The translations under genes were made by a program, and so were the position numbers. Source: Planctomycetia bacterium (GTDB lineage Bacteria > Planctomycetota > Planctomycetia > Kolteriales > Kolteriaceae). From it: 24,737 nt of DNA. Below are positions 7,711 to 15,830 of this stretch, piece after piece. Under the pieces are notes generated by a model that was not told the origin of the DNA, made no database searches, and saw only the letters and a program-made list of their open reading frames with translations. Location: contig JBOFFD010000430.1 of assembly GCA_051648425.1 (NCBI GenBank), positions 1 to 24,737 on the forward strand, given 5' to 3'. Each line of letters opens with the position of its first letter. Position 1 is the stretch's first letter.

Positions 7711-9465
7711 TTACACCGCCGCCGCTTTCCGGCGGGGCTTCTTAGTTTTGGTTGGTTTGCCGACGGCGGCCGATTCGGCCTGCGCCGCGACGAAGGCGTC
7801 GTACTCGGCGGCCCAGGATTTCGGCGGCGGGATCTGTTCTTCGGCCCGCCGGAGGTATTCGCCGAAGTCGTCGCCGACGAAGCCCGCCTGCCGCGCGGCT
7901 TCCTCGGTCAACGAATCGAGCCGCTTGTCGTCGTTGAACCACGAGCGGTCCGGCGGCGTCCGTCGGCTCTTCAGAACCGGCTGCAACAGCTTCCAGAGTT
8001 GATCGTCGACGCGGCCCGTCGAGACGTCCCCCAGCGTCGGCCGGAAGGCGTCGAACAACATCCATGCGGTCTCGCGTGAATGCGGAACTGAATCGAGGAG
8101 CGGGGTCGTCAGATCTCTTAGAGAATCCGTCAGCGACTCCGCTCGCAGGTGGGTTCCGACGACCGATACGAGGCAGGTCAAGTCGTCGAGCGAAGGCGTC
8201 GCCGCGGCGTCGTCGTCGATCCGCTCGCTCAAGAGGTCGATCGCGAGAAACACCCGCCGCCGGCGAAGCTCGAACACCCGCTGTTCGATCGGCTTCGGGG
8301 CAGGCTTCCCGGTCGCAGGGTCGCGCGGCCGGGCGGCGGCTGCCGAACCGCCTTGCGCCGAACCGTTCCACCGCGGCCCCACCCAGAGCAGCGTCCCAGC
8401 GTCGGGGCCGTCGAGCAGCATCGCTTGGACGGCGCCCTTGTCGCCCTGTTTCGCGGCCTTTCGGTCGTGCCGGCATTCGACGCCGGGGACCGCCGACTTG
8501 TAGGCCGTCGTCAGCAGCACGAGGCCGGGGATGTCCGCCTTCTTTTCTTCGATCCACCGCTCCAGCCAGACTTCGCGTTTGCGGTTCCAGCAGGTCGCGT
8601 CGAGACAGCGGTCGCCCTTCTCCGACCGATCTTCGTCGGCGCCGTCCAGGTCGTCGAACAAGCCCGGCGTGAACGACGACCGCTTCGGGCAGGCGTTGCA
8701 GGCGCCGACGATCGGCAGCAGGGTGTCGTCGTTCGCGTGCCAGGGGGCGTCGGCGATCTCGCGCGTCCATTCGGCGAGGGCGGTTGCGAGATTCGCTCGC
8801 GACTCAAAGTCGCAGTAAGCGACGTTATACTCTTTGGCGAACGCATCCTGGGCCGCCGGTTCCAGCCGCGCGACCAATTCCAGCCAGGTGGCCGGCCAGC
8901 CGTGGACGGGGTGGTCGGGGTCGTTGGCGGCCTGCTGCCACTGCGGCGACAGTTTGACGAGCCGCGACCGCCGGGCGACCCAACCGCGCGGCTTGCCCAA
9001 GCGGTCGGCGACCGTTTCCACGTCCCAGCCGTCGGCGAGCAGCGTCGCCACGCCGCGGGCTTCCTCCAGCGGCTGCAGGTCTTCGCGCTGGAGGTTCTCG
9101 GTGACGGTGATTTCCTTCGCGGTGTGGTCGTCGACGTCGAAGACCTGGACGCGGATGTCGGTTCGTTCCGCAACCCGCGATGCCCGCCAACGGCGTTCGC
9201 CGAAGAGGATTTCGTAGCGGAGTTTGTTCTCCGGGTGCGGGCGGACGGCGATCGGCTGGAGCACGCCGTAGACCGCGATCGACTTCGCCAGTTCCTTCAC
9301 CTTCGGGTCGTCGTCGCGGACGACGCGGGGGTTGAACGGCGACGGGACGACGTCGCGGAGCGGCACCGTCTTGTCGACAGCGGCCGGCGGCGCCGGTGCG
9401 TTCGGATCGGCTGCCAGAGACGGCGTCGCGGCGGCGGTTTTCTTCGTTCGAGCCACGGGATTCAC
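7711..9465 (-). CDS. ParB/RepB/Spo0J family protein with long C-terminal extension
   Basis: PSPFNPR, LAKSIAVYGVLQPIAVRP, YEILFGERRWRAS (Arg patch), ENLQREDLQPLEEARG, then an HTH and a CNACPKR...CLDATCW Cys cluster. Alternative start GTG 9456. Confidence 0.92.
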   Translation of the reverse strand: MNPVARTKKTAAATPSLAADPNAPAPPAAVDKTVPLRDVVPSPFNPRVVRDDDPKVKELAKSIAVYGVLQPIAVRPHPENKLRYEILFGERRWRASRVAERTDIRVQVFDVDDHTAKEITVTENLQREDLQPLEEARGVATLLADGWDVETVADRLGKPRGWVARRSRLVKLSPQWQQAANDPDHPVHGWPATWLELVARLEPAAQDAFAKEYNVAYCDFESRANLATALAEWTREIADAPWHANDDTLLPIVGACNACPKRSSFTPGLFDDLDGADEDRSEKGDRCLDATCWNRKREVWLERWIEEKKADIPGLVLLTTAYKSAVPGVECRHDRKAAKQGDKGAVQAMLLDGPDAGTLLWVGPRWNGSAQGGSAAAARPRDPATGKPAPKPIEQRVFELRRRRVFLAIDLLSERIDDDAAATPSLDDLTCLVSVVGTHLRAESLTDSLRDLTTPLLDSVPHSRETAWMLFDAFRPTLGDVSTGRVDDQLWKLLQPVLKSRRTPPDRSWFNDDKRLDSLTEEAARQAGFVGDDFGEYLRRAEEQIPPPKSWAAEYDAFVAAQAESAAVGKPTKTKKPRRKAAAV

Positions 9466-9632
9466 CTCGCGAAAGCGCAGCGGGACACGCAGCCGCGCGA
9501 CCGTCGTGCGGCGTCGTTGGAAGTCGTTCGTTCATGGAGCAGCCGCCGACGCGGCTACGTGGTCATTGGCCGGCGCCGGGGAAACCGGTACAAAACTTGC
9601 CGGTTCATCCAACCCTCTGGAGCACGCCCCCG

Positions 9633-11192
9633 ATGGCCGACTGGTACGTTCAGACCGCGACCGGCGAGAAAGGTCCGTTCTCGACCGCGAAGCTCACCGC
9701 CCTCGTCGAGGACGGCAAAGTCCCTCTTAAAGCGATGGTCCGCAAGGACGGCGGCGACTGGCAATCGGTCAAGAACTTCCCCGAGCTGCTCGGCCTGCCT
9801 GAAACCGCGGCGGCCGTTCAGATCCTTCCACCCGCCAACCGTTCTGAACAACCCATCGTCAACTTCGTGACCCAGCAGGAAGTCAAGCCTCGCCCGTCGA
9901 TGGTGCGGTTTTTCACGATGGCTTTCGGCGGAGCCTTCACCGGCGTCCTTGGCATCGTCGCCGCGATATTCTTCGTGTTCGTCGGCATTCCGCTTTTGAT
10001 CCTCGGAAGCATCGTGCTGATCGGCGTCCTTGCGGCGAGCAACGCCCCCGTCGACAAAGGGCGTGCCGCGAAAGAGGCCGATTTGGTCGCAAAAGCCGAC
10101 GCCGGCGTTCTGAAAGATGCGGCCAAGGCGATGCCGAAAGCGGCCGAACCGGCCCCCGTCCTTTCCGTCAAAGCAGAAGTGAAGGCACCGGCAAACCCGT
10201 TCGCTCCGATCCCGAAAGCCGACTTGCCTCAGATCCAGGGACCGCCAGCGCCCGCGGTCAAAAAGGATTCTCCGCCGGCTGCGGCGAAGCAAAAACCTCC
10301 CGCTCTTACCGAGGAAGAGGAAGCGAAGAAGTTCACCGTCTTCGTTCGCGCATGGCAGGACGAACAACTCGCCAAAGCGGAAGCGAACGTCGAGGAATGG
10401 AAGAACGCCGACGCCGGCGCCGATCAACGAAGGCAACTGAAGAAAGCCCAGGAAACCCTGACATCGGTCCGCAAGACTTACAGGACGCTCCTTCCAACGA
10501 TGGGAAGCGGCGCGAAGCCCGGCGACTTCGGACGTGGTCATCACCGGGTCGTCGTCGAATCGGTCGTGTCGCCGGGAGAGTTCATCGGAGTGGCGGATTT
10601 CGGCCCCGACGTTAAGGACCTCGTCGCTTGTTACACCGACGTCGTCGAAGGGGCCTTGGTCGACGACCAGGCCGTCGATCTTAGTAAGGATCTGCTCGTC
10701 GCCGACGGCGCTATGACGTTCGACACCGTCGACGGCGGAACCATGACTGTGATTCACGTTCGACGGGCGCGCGGCGTCGACCTGAAAACGGCTCAGCGAT
10801 CTCTTCAAGTCGCCGAACCAGATCCGGAAAGTGAAATACCGGTCAACGCCGGCCAGCCCGTCGCCGACGATACACGTCAACGACTCCAGGGTCGTTGGTT
10901 GCATGTCAGTCCCGACGGCGACTTGGAGGCGGACATCAAGGCCAGCCGCATCATCTTCCAGGCCGGCCAGGAAACCCAAGGGCCGTTCATCTACTCGGTC
11001 GACCTGAAGCAGACGCCGGCGGCGATCGATTGGTGGACGTCGATCAACAGGGAGGGCACGCTGCGGTCGGGCGTCTTCGAGTTGAAGGGCGACGTTCTGC
11101 GGATGACCTGGAACAAAGGAACGGAACGCCCGACCGCCCTTGAAGGCGAGGGCGCCGGGAAGAACGTCTATCGCTTCAAGCGGTCCGAGTAG
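9633..11192 (+). CDS. GYF_2 (DUF4339)-like domain membrane protein with C-terminal TIGR03067-like domain; prophage moron
   Basis: From ATG 9633: WYVQTATGEKGPFSTAKLTALVEDGKVPLKAMVRKDGGDWQSV (GYF_2 pattern), about 40 hydrophobic residues, a Pro/Ala/Lys linker, and LQGRW...YSVDLKQTPAAIDW...GVFELKGDVLRMTW...ERPT at the C-terminus. Confidence 0.82.
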   Translation: MADWYVQTATGEKGPFSTAKLTALVEDGKVPLKAMVRKDGGDWQSVKNFPELLGLPETAAAVQILPPANRSEQPIVNFVTQQEVKPRPSMVRFFTMAFGGAFTGVLGIVAAIFFVFVGIPLLILGSIVLIGVLAASNAPVDKGRAAKEADLVAKADAGVLKDAAKAMPKAAEPAPVLSVKAEVKAPANPFAPIPKADLPQIQGPPAPAVKKDSPPAAAKQKPPALTEEEEAKKFTVFVRAWQDEQLAKAEANVEEWKNADAGADQRRQLKKAQETLTSVRKTYRTLLPTMGSGAKPGDFGRGHHRVVVESVVSPGEFIGVADFGPDVKDLVACYTDVVEGALVDDQAVDLSKDLLVADGAMTFDTVDGGTMTVIHVRRARGVDLKTAQRSLQVAEPDPESEIPVNAGQPVADDTRQRLQGRWLHVSPDGDLEADIKASRIIFQAGQETQGPFIYSVDLKQTPAAIDWWTSINREGTLRSGVFELKGDVLRMTWNKGTERPTALEGEGAGKNVYRFKRSE

Positions 11193-11508
11193 CGTCACGA
11201 TCCCCCTCCTTTCTTTCCGCTTCCAGCCGCGCGATGAGGCGGCCGACATCGGCCGCCAGTTCGATCGACCAGTCGTCCGGCTTCGCCCGGACCGCCGACA
11301 GCCACTGCCGCGTCCGGCCGAGTTCGTCGGCTAACCGGCCCCAACCCCAACCCATGCGACCCTGGATCGCCTCCAACACGTCGACGCCGTGGTCGCGGGC
11401 CTGGGCCGCGATTTCCTCGCCGAGGGCGTCGCGGCGGTCCGCCGCGTCCGCCCACTGGCGTCCCATTCCCCACAGGTCGGCCGTCGTCACAATCCACCCC
11501 GTCCGCAC
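11176..11508 (-). CDS. Putative Cro-like HTH protein
   Basis: WGRLADELGRTRQWLSAV resembles an XRE/Cro HTH. It is divergent from the XRE gene across an AT-rich operator region. Confidence 0.55.
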   Translation of the reverse strand: MRTGWIVTTADLWGMGRQWADAADRRDALGEEIAAQARDHGVDVLEAIQGRMGWGWGRLADELGRTRQWLSAVRAKPDDWSIELAADVGRLIARLEAERKEGDRDATRTA

Positions 11509-11574
11509 AACCGGACCTTCCGTCGGTGAATCGGCCCGCCGCGAGCGGTTTGACCGGTCCGACCCCTAAAAGCA

Positions 11575-11641
11575 GGACACCAAGCCGGCGTACACCTATA
11601 AATGAACAAGTGTCCACTAAATGTAAACCACGGGTTTACAT
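11575..11641. promoter_or_regulatory. AT-rich divergent control region with palindromic operator
   Basis: Perfect inverted repeat ATGTAAACC-ACG-GGTTTACAT at 11621-11641, plus a GGACAC (11575-11580) / GTGTCC (11610-11615) inverted pair, between divergent HTH genes. Confidence 0.65.
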
Positions 11642-11665
11642 AGTCTCATAAAGTTGAGGTTCACT

Positions 11666-12091
11666 ATGCCCGTGAACAGGCTCGTTCGATACTTCGGACC
11701 CTTGCGTATGGCCGAAACGAAAACCGTCGATCTCTCGCCGGACGCCGTCCGCAACGGGCAGGTGCTGTCGGCTTACATTGAGTCCGCTTGGCGCGGCAAG
11801 GAAGCGGATTTAGCTTCGCGTGCGAAATGCTCGGCGAACTCGCTTTCGTTGCTCAAGCGTGGGTTTGATCGAAAAACCCGTGTCCTGAAAGATGTCTGCG
11901 CGGTCCTTTCGATCGATGCGGAAGCGATTCTCGAAGGCGAGATCAAGCCGGTCAATTTCGGCGATCGGAATGACTCGACCGACATTATTGAGCTTGCTCG
12001 CACATTGGTCGGCACCGAACACGAACCGGCCGCCCGCGCCATTCTCCAACACCTTTCCAAGCTCTCAGCCAACGAGCAGGCCGGCAGCTAG
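11666..12091 (+). CDS. XRE-family HTH regulator, candidate prophage repressor
   Basis: EADLASRAKCSANSLSLLKRG...VLKDVCAVLSIDAEAIL is an XRE HTH. GAGGT precedes ATG 11666; alternative ATG at 11708. No S24 peptidase domain is visible. Confidence 0.75.
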   Translation: MPVNRLVRYFGPLRMAETKTVDLSPDAVRNGQVLSAYIESAWRGKEADLASRAKCSANSLSLLKRGFDRKTRVLKDVCAVLSIDAEAILEGEIKPVNFGDRNDSTDIIELARTLVGTEHEPAARAILQHLSKLSANEQAGS

Positions 12092-12289
12092 CCGACTCTT
12101 CACTCGCTTGCATTCACCTTCCGGAATGCGATAGTACGTCCGCACTTTGCCACTCCGACCCGTCCTGGGCGACGGAACCGCCTTCACGAATCCCTGGTGA
12201 ACCCAGTCGTAGACCGTTCCGTAGGCGACACCGATCTCTGCCGCCAACTCGCGGATCGTTGAGTGACGTTCGAGCTTCGTTTTGCTCAT
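12065..12289 (-). CDS. MerR-like / excisionase-type winged-HTH protein (74 aa)
   Basis: STIRELAAEIGVAYGTVYDWVHQGFVKA...YYRIPEGEC pattern; strong GAGGAG RBS. Confidence 0.8.
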   Translation of the reverse strand: MSKTKLERHSTIRELAAEIGVAYGTVYDWVHQGFVKAVPSPRTGRSGKVRTYYRIPEGECKRVKSRLAAGLLVG

Positions 12290-12337
12290 CCGATCTCCTC
12301 TCGCTCGAAAGCATTTCCCCGCAAGTTGGACGATTTA

Positions 12338-12381
12338 TGATAACTTGGTTTGATTTCATCCAGTTCGTGATTATCTTGGTT
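12338..12381. promoter_or_regulatory. Imperfect direct repeats in the second divergent control region
   Basis: TGATAACTTGGTT (12338-12350) and TGATTATCTTGGTT (12368-12381), 30 bp apart in an AT-rich gap between divergent genes. Confidence 0.45.
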
Positions 12382-12437
12382 GAGTCGGTCGTAAACGGCA
12401 AGTAGCCGAACGAAAGATTTTTTCCCAGGAGGTCCGA

Positions 12438-12812
12438 ATGCCCGAAGAAAACCGCGATTCCGCACGCCCCGCGTTCGACGTGGACGCGACCCTCGACGCG
12501 CTCTGCGACGAGCTGCACGACGAATTGCCGCACGAACTCCACCGCTGGAACGACGACGGCGGGATCGATCCGGAAGTGGTCGCCCAGGCCGAGGCCGGCG
12601 ACGCCGCGCCGACGCCGGAGCAGCTCGCCGACGAAGTGGTGGACGCCCTCGACGACTTTCTCCTGAACGTTTGGGGGGCGCTCTGCGGCGTCTACTGGAA
12701 CCGCCCGGACCTGCGCGACCGGATGGACCAGATCCAGTACGACGGCACGATGGCGTTCGCCCGCAAACAGGGCTACGAGGCGGACGACCGCGAGATCGGA
12801 GGCGCCGCATGA
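12438..12812 (+). CDS. Highly acidic small phage protein
   Basis: AGGAGG RBS; first gene of the rightward operon. Manual count about 31 D/E versus 9 K/R in 124 aa. Confidence 0.8.
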   Translation: MPEENRDSARPAFDVDATLDALCDELHDELPHELHRWNDDGGIDPEVVAQAEAGDAAPTPEQLADEVVDALDDFLLNVWGALCGVYWNRPDLRDRMDQIQYDGTMAFARKQGYEADDREIGGAA

Positions 12813-13417
12813 CCACGATCCTCCGCGCCGAGGACGCGGCCGAGCGGCGGACCGACGTCGCCGGCTGGGTCTGCAAGAAGTGCGGCCGCTTCTGCGGCGA
12901 CGGCGAATACGGCGAGCGGCAGGCCCGCCACTGCTGCGCCAACGATTCCCCGTGCGCCTGCGGCTGCGGCGCCCGCTGCGAAGGCCGCCGTCGAACGGTC
13001 TGCGAAGGCTGCCGACGCGCGTTGAGCGACGCCCGGTTCAACCGCCTGCCGGTGGTCGAATGGGACCACGAAACCCCACTCCTCGTCTGGGACGACGACC
13101 TGTTCCTCTTCAGCGAGGACGAAGTCGCTGAACACCTCGGCGATCGTCTCGCCGACGGCTACGCGCTGGAGGACGTTCAATTGGAGCTTTGCGAGCGGGT
13201 CGTCCCGCCTCTGTTCGAGATGCACGTCTTTCTCTGCGACGACCTGCACGAAGACGCCGAGCTGCCGCCGACCGACGCGATCGAAAAGACGGTGAACGAT
13301 TGGATCGACGCGAACTTCCCGACGGGTTGGACCGGCGGCGGCAAGCGGATCGCCGTCGAGTCGCTGCGGGCGATCGCCGACCACTGGAAACTCCTGCCGG
13401 AACGAGGTGACGCATGA
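12809..13417 (+). CDS. Cys-rich (zinc-binding-like) phage protein
   Basis: ATGA overlap with the upstream gene. WVCKKCGRFCGD...ARHCCAND..CACGCG..C...VCEGC N-terminus and acidic C-terminal half. Confidence 0.8.
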   Translation: MTTILRAEDAAERRTDVAGWVCKKCGRFCGDGEYGERQARHCCANDSPCACGCGARCEGRRRTVCEGCRRALSDARFNRLPVVEWDHETPLLVWDDDLFLFSEDEVAEHLGDRLADGYALEDVQLELCERVVPPLFEMHVFLCDDLHEDAELPPTDAIEKTVNDWIDANFPTGWTGGGKRIAVESLRAIADHWKLLPERGDA

Positions 13418-13662
13418 ACGAACCAGAAAAGCGGATCGACGACGACGGCGGCCCGGCGTTTCCGCGGGCCGAGTACTTCTACGAGCCGGGCATGACCTTG
13501 GGGGACTGGTACGCGGGGCAGGCGCTGTTGGGAATTCTGGCCTCGCCGGCGTCGTTCACTCTCGGCGGAGTCTCGCCGACGACGCCGGCCGAGATTGCCG
13601 AACTCGCGCACGCATACGCCGACGCAATGGTCGCCGAAGGCCGGAAGCGGGGCGACTCATGA
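13414..13662 (+). CDS. Conserved small phage protein (GGPAFP...GMTL family)
   Basis: DGGPAFP...GMTLGDWYAGQALLG...AYADAM matches a widespread small phage family pattern. ATGA overlap. Confidence 0.85.
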   Translation: MNEPEKRIDDDGGPAFPRAEYFYEPGMTLGDWYAGQALLGILASPASFTLGGVSPTTPAEIAELAHAYADAMVAEGRKRGDS

Positions 13663-13943
13663 CCACCGAGGAAACCGACGACGAACACGCCGCGCGGGCG
13701 ATCGCGTGGATGAACGTGGTCAATCCGGGCGGCCGCGAAGGCTGCTTGCGGCCCGCGGTCCCGACGGCGATCTTCGTCGGGCGGCCCATTCCGGAGGACG
13801 GACGGCCGCCCGGACCGTCCCTCGTCTTCGCCGTCCCCGTCGAACGGCTGCGTCTCGACCACTCGGTCGCGGCGCTGTTCTTTCTCGGCCTGACGGCCGC
13901 CGTCGGCGCCGACCCGCTGCGCGGCTGCACCAACTGCAACTGA
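13659..13943 (+). CDS. Phage hypothetical protein (94 aa)
   Basis: ATGA overlap at 13659-13662 and in-operon position; no recognisable family. Confidence 0.6.
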   Translation: MTTEETDDEHAARAIAWMNVVNPGGREGCLRPAVPTAIFVGRPIPEDGRPPGPSLVFAVPVERLRLDHSVAALFFLGLTAAVGADPLRGCTNCN

Positions 13944-14005
13944 CAGCCTTCCGACACCGACAACCAATCGAATCCGAACACCGAACCACCCCTCAAGGAG
14001 CGACC

Positions 14006-15763
14006 ATGTCCACCGCTTTGCAGACCGCCCCCGCGACCGCCGTCGCCGAGGCCGAACCGCTCACCGCCGACGACGTCCGCCGGCAGGTGCAACTGATCCA
14101 GACCGTGATGAAAACGGTCATGAAGAGGACCGTCCACTACGACGAAATTCCCGGCTGCGGCGACAAGCCGACCCTGCTGAAGGCCGGCGCCGAAAAGCTC
14201 TGTATGACCTTCCGCCTCGCCCCCCGCTTCACCGACGTCCGCCACGAGATGACGGGCGGGCACTTTGAAGTGAAGTTCACCTGCGCCCTACACTCCGCGC
14301 TCTCCGGCCGCTTCCTCGGCGAGGGCGTCGGCTCGTGCTCGACGATGGAAAGCAAGTACCGCTATCGGGACTCGAAACGGCATTGCCCGCAGTGCGGCAA
14401 GGAGACGATCATCCGCGGCCGCGAAGAGTTCGGCGGCGGTTGGCTCTGCTTCAAAAAGCAGGGCGGCTGCGGCGCGAAGTACGTCGCCGGAACGCCGGCG
14501 ATCGAAGAGCAACCAATCGGCAAGACCGAGAACCCGGACATCGCCGACTGCTACAACTCGGTGCTGAAGATTGCGAAGAAGCGGGCGCTCGTTGATGCGA
14601 TTTTGACGGTCACGGCGGCCAGCGACATCTTCGCGCAAGACCTGGACGATACGCCGGCCGAGGCGCTGCAGCCGACGAAGCCGCCGGCGACGACGGCCCG
14701 TCGTACCGAGACCGACGCGGTCGACGTGGAAGCCCGCCCGGCCGCGACGCCGACGGCGGCCGCCAGCGCCGCCGGCGAGCTGCCCGACGACCGCCGGCGC
14801 GTCGAGCGGCCGGCCGCAACGTCGCCGGCGACGACCGCGAAGCCCGGCACCTCGGCCGAGTACGAAGGGTTCCGCACCGCCGTCGCCGAGCTGGTCGACG
14901 CCGACAAGTACGGCGCCGCCTGGCCGGGGGGCGTGAACGCCGTCCGGGCCTGGATTCTCGAACGGCGGAAGGAGTCGGCCCCCGGTTTCGAGTTCGCTTC
15001 GTGGTCGACCCTCGCCACGACAAACGACCCGTCCGTGTTCGACGCGATTCTGCGGGCCGTCGAAACGGAATCGCGCCGCCGCGTCGACGAACCGACCGAG
15101 CCGCCAGCGAATTCGGCCGTCGAATCTCAATGTCGCAATGCGACACCTGATGTAGCATCGCCGGTTTCGCCCCAGGCCGCGCCGCCGGCGACGGCGGCCG
15201 CCGAATCGCCATCCGCTGGGGCCGCGACGGCGAAGACGAAGGCCGGCTTCCCCTGCTCGGAGTTGTTCAAGGACTTGGAGGCATGGCTCGGCGACCTGGC
15301 CCGGAAGTATTCCCGCACCTGGTCGAAGCGCGAACTGTGGGAGGCCGCGAAGGATGTCGCCCTGGAGCGGAAGCTGTCGGAGGAAATGCTCCGCGTCTCG
15401 GCCTCGCCGGGCGTCTTCGAGTCGATCAAGACGCGAATCCGGGCGCTGACGAAGGACCGCCAAGCGGCCGGCGTCGCCCCGTCCGCCTACCGCCGCCTCG
15501 CCGACGCCGTGAAGCGAGTGACGCAGCTCGCCCCGAAGGCGTGGCCGCGGGGGACCGTCGAGGTCTGGGGCTGGATCGAAGGCCGCATCGGCGTCGACCG
15601 CACGACGGCCCTGGCCGAGCAATGCGACGACCAGCAGGCCGACGAACTGATCGAGGCGGTCCTCCAGGAAAACCGCGAGCGGCTCGATGCCGACGCCGGC
15701 CCCGGCGGCGCCTTGTGGGACGACGCCCACCTACCGGCGGAACACGCCGGCGTCGGGCTGTGA
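14006..15763 (+). CDS. Putative phage single-strand annealing / recombination protein with zinc-ribbon insert and repeated C-terminal domain
   Basis: AAGGAG RBS before ATG 14006. Motifs KPTLLKAGAEKL, GEGVGSCSTMESKY and NSVLKIAKKRALVDAIL...SDIFAQDLDD, with a CPQCGK...WLCFKKQGGCG insert. The function is inferred from motif resemblance and position. Confidence 0.65.
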   Translation: MSTALQTAPATAVAEAEPLTADDVRRQVQLIQTVMKTVMKRTVHYDEIPGCGDKPTLLKAGAEKLCMTFRLAPRFTDVRHEMTGGHFEVKFTCALHSALSGRFLGEGVGSCSTMESKYRYRDSKRHCPQCGKETIIRGREEFGGGWLCFKKQGGCGAKYVAGTPAIEEQPIGKTENPDIADCYNSVLKIAKKRALVDAILTVTAASDIFAQDLDDTPAEALQPTKPPATTARRTETDAVDVEARPAATPTAAASAAGELPDDRRRVERPAATSPATTAKPGTSAEYEGFRTAVAELVDADKYGAAWPGGVNAVRAWILERRKESAPGFEFASWSTLATTNDPSVFDAILRAVETESRRRVDEPTEPPANSAVESQCRNATPDVASPVSPQAAPPATAAAESPSAGAATAKTKAGFPCSELFKDLEAWLGDLARKYSRTWSKRELWEAAKDVALERKLSEEMLRVSASPGVFESIKTRIRALTKDRQAAGVAPSAYRRLADAVKRVTQLAPKAWPRGTVEVWGWIEGRIGVDRTTALAEQCDDQQADELIEAVLQENRERLDADAGPGGALWDDAHLPAEHAGVGL

Positions 15764-15830
15764 GGTCCAAACCGCCCTCGGAACATGGTCAAGACTATCG
15801 ACGCCCTGAGAGAGATCGATTTTGCGCGGT

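Noticed and set aside
8149-11249. Long ORFs 8149-9870 (+) and 9555-11249 (-)
   Set aside because: Shadows of the ParB and GYF genes; long antisense frames are expected in high-GC DNA.
11621-11641. Palindrome as a parS site for the phage ParB
   Set aside because: It does not match the TGTTTCACGTGAAACA-type consensus, and its position between divergent HTH genes fits an operator better.
13944-14005. CCGA(A)C micro-repeats in a C/A-rich leader
   Set aside because: Short and low-complexity; adequately explained as an unstructured translation leader.
14288-15730. 480-aa minus-strand ORF
   Set aside because: Antisense shadow of the annealase-like gene, with low-complexity Arg/Gly-rich translation.
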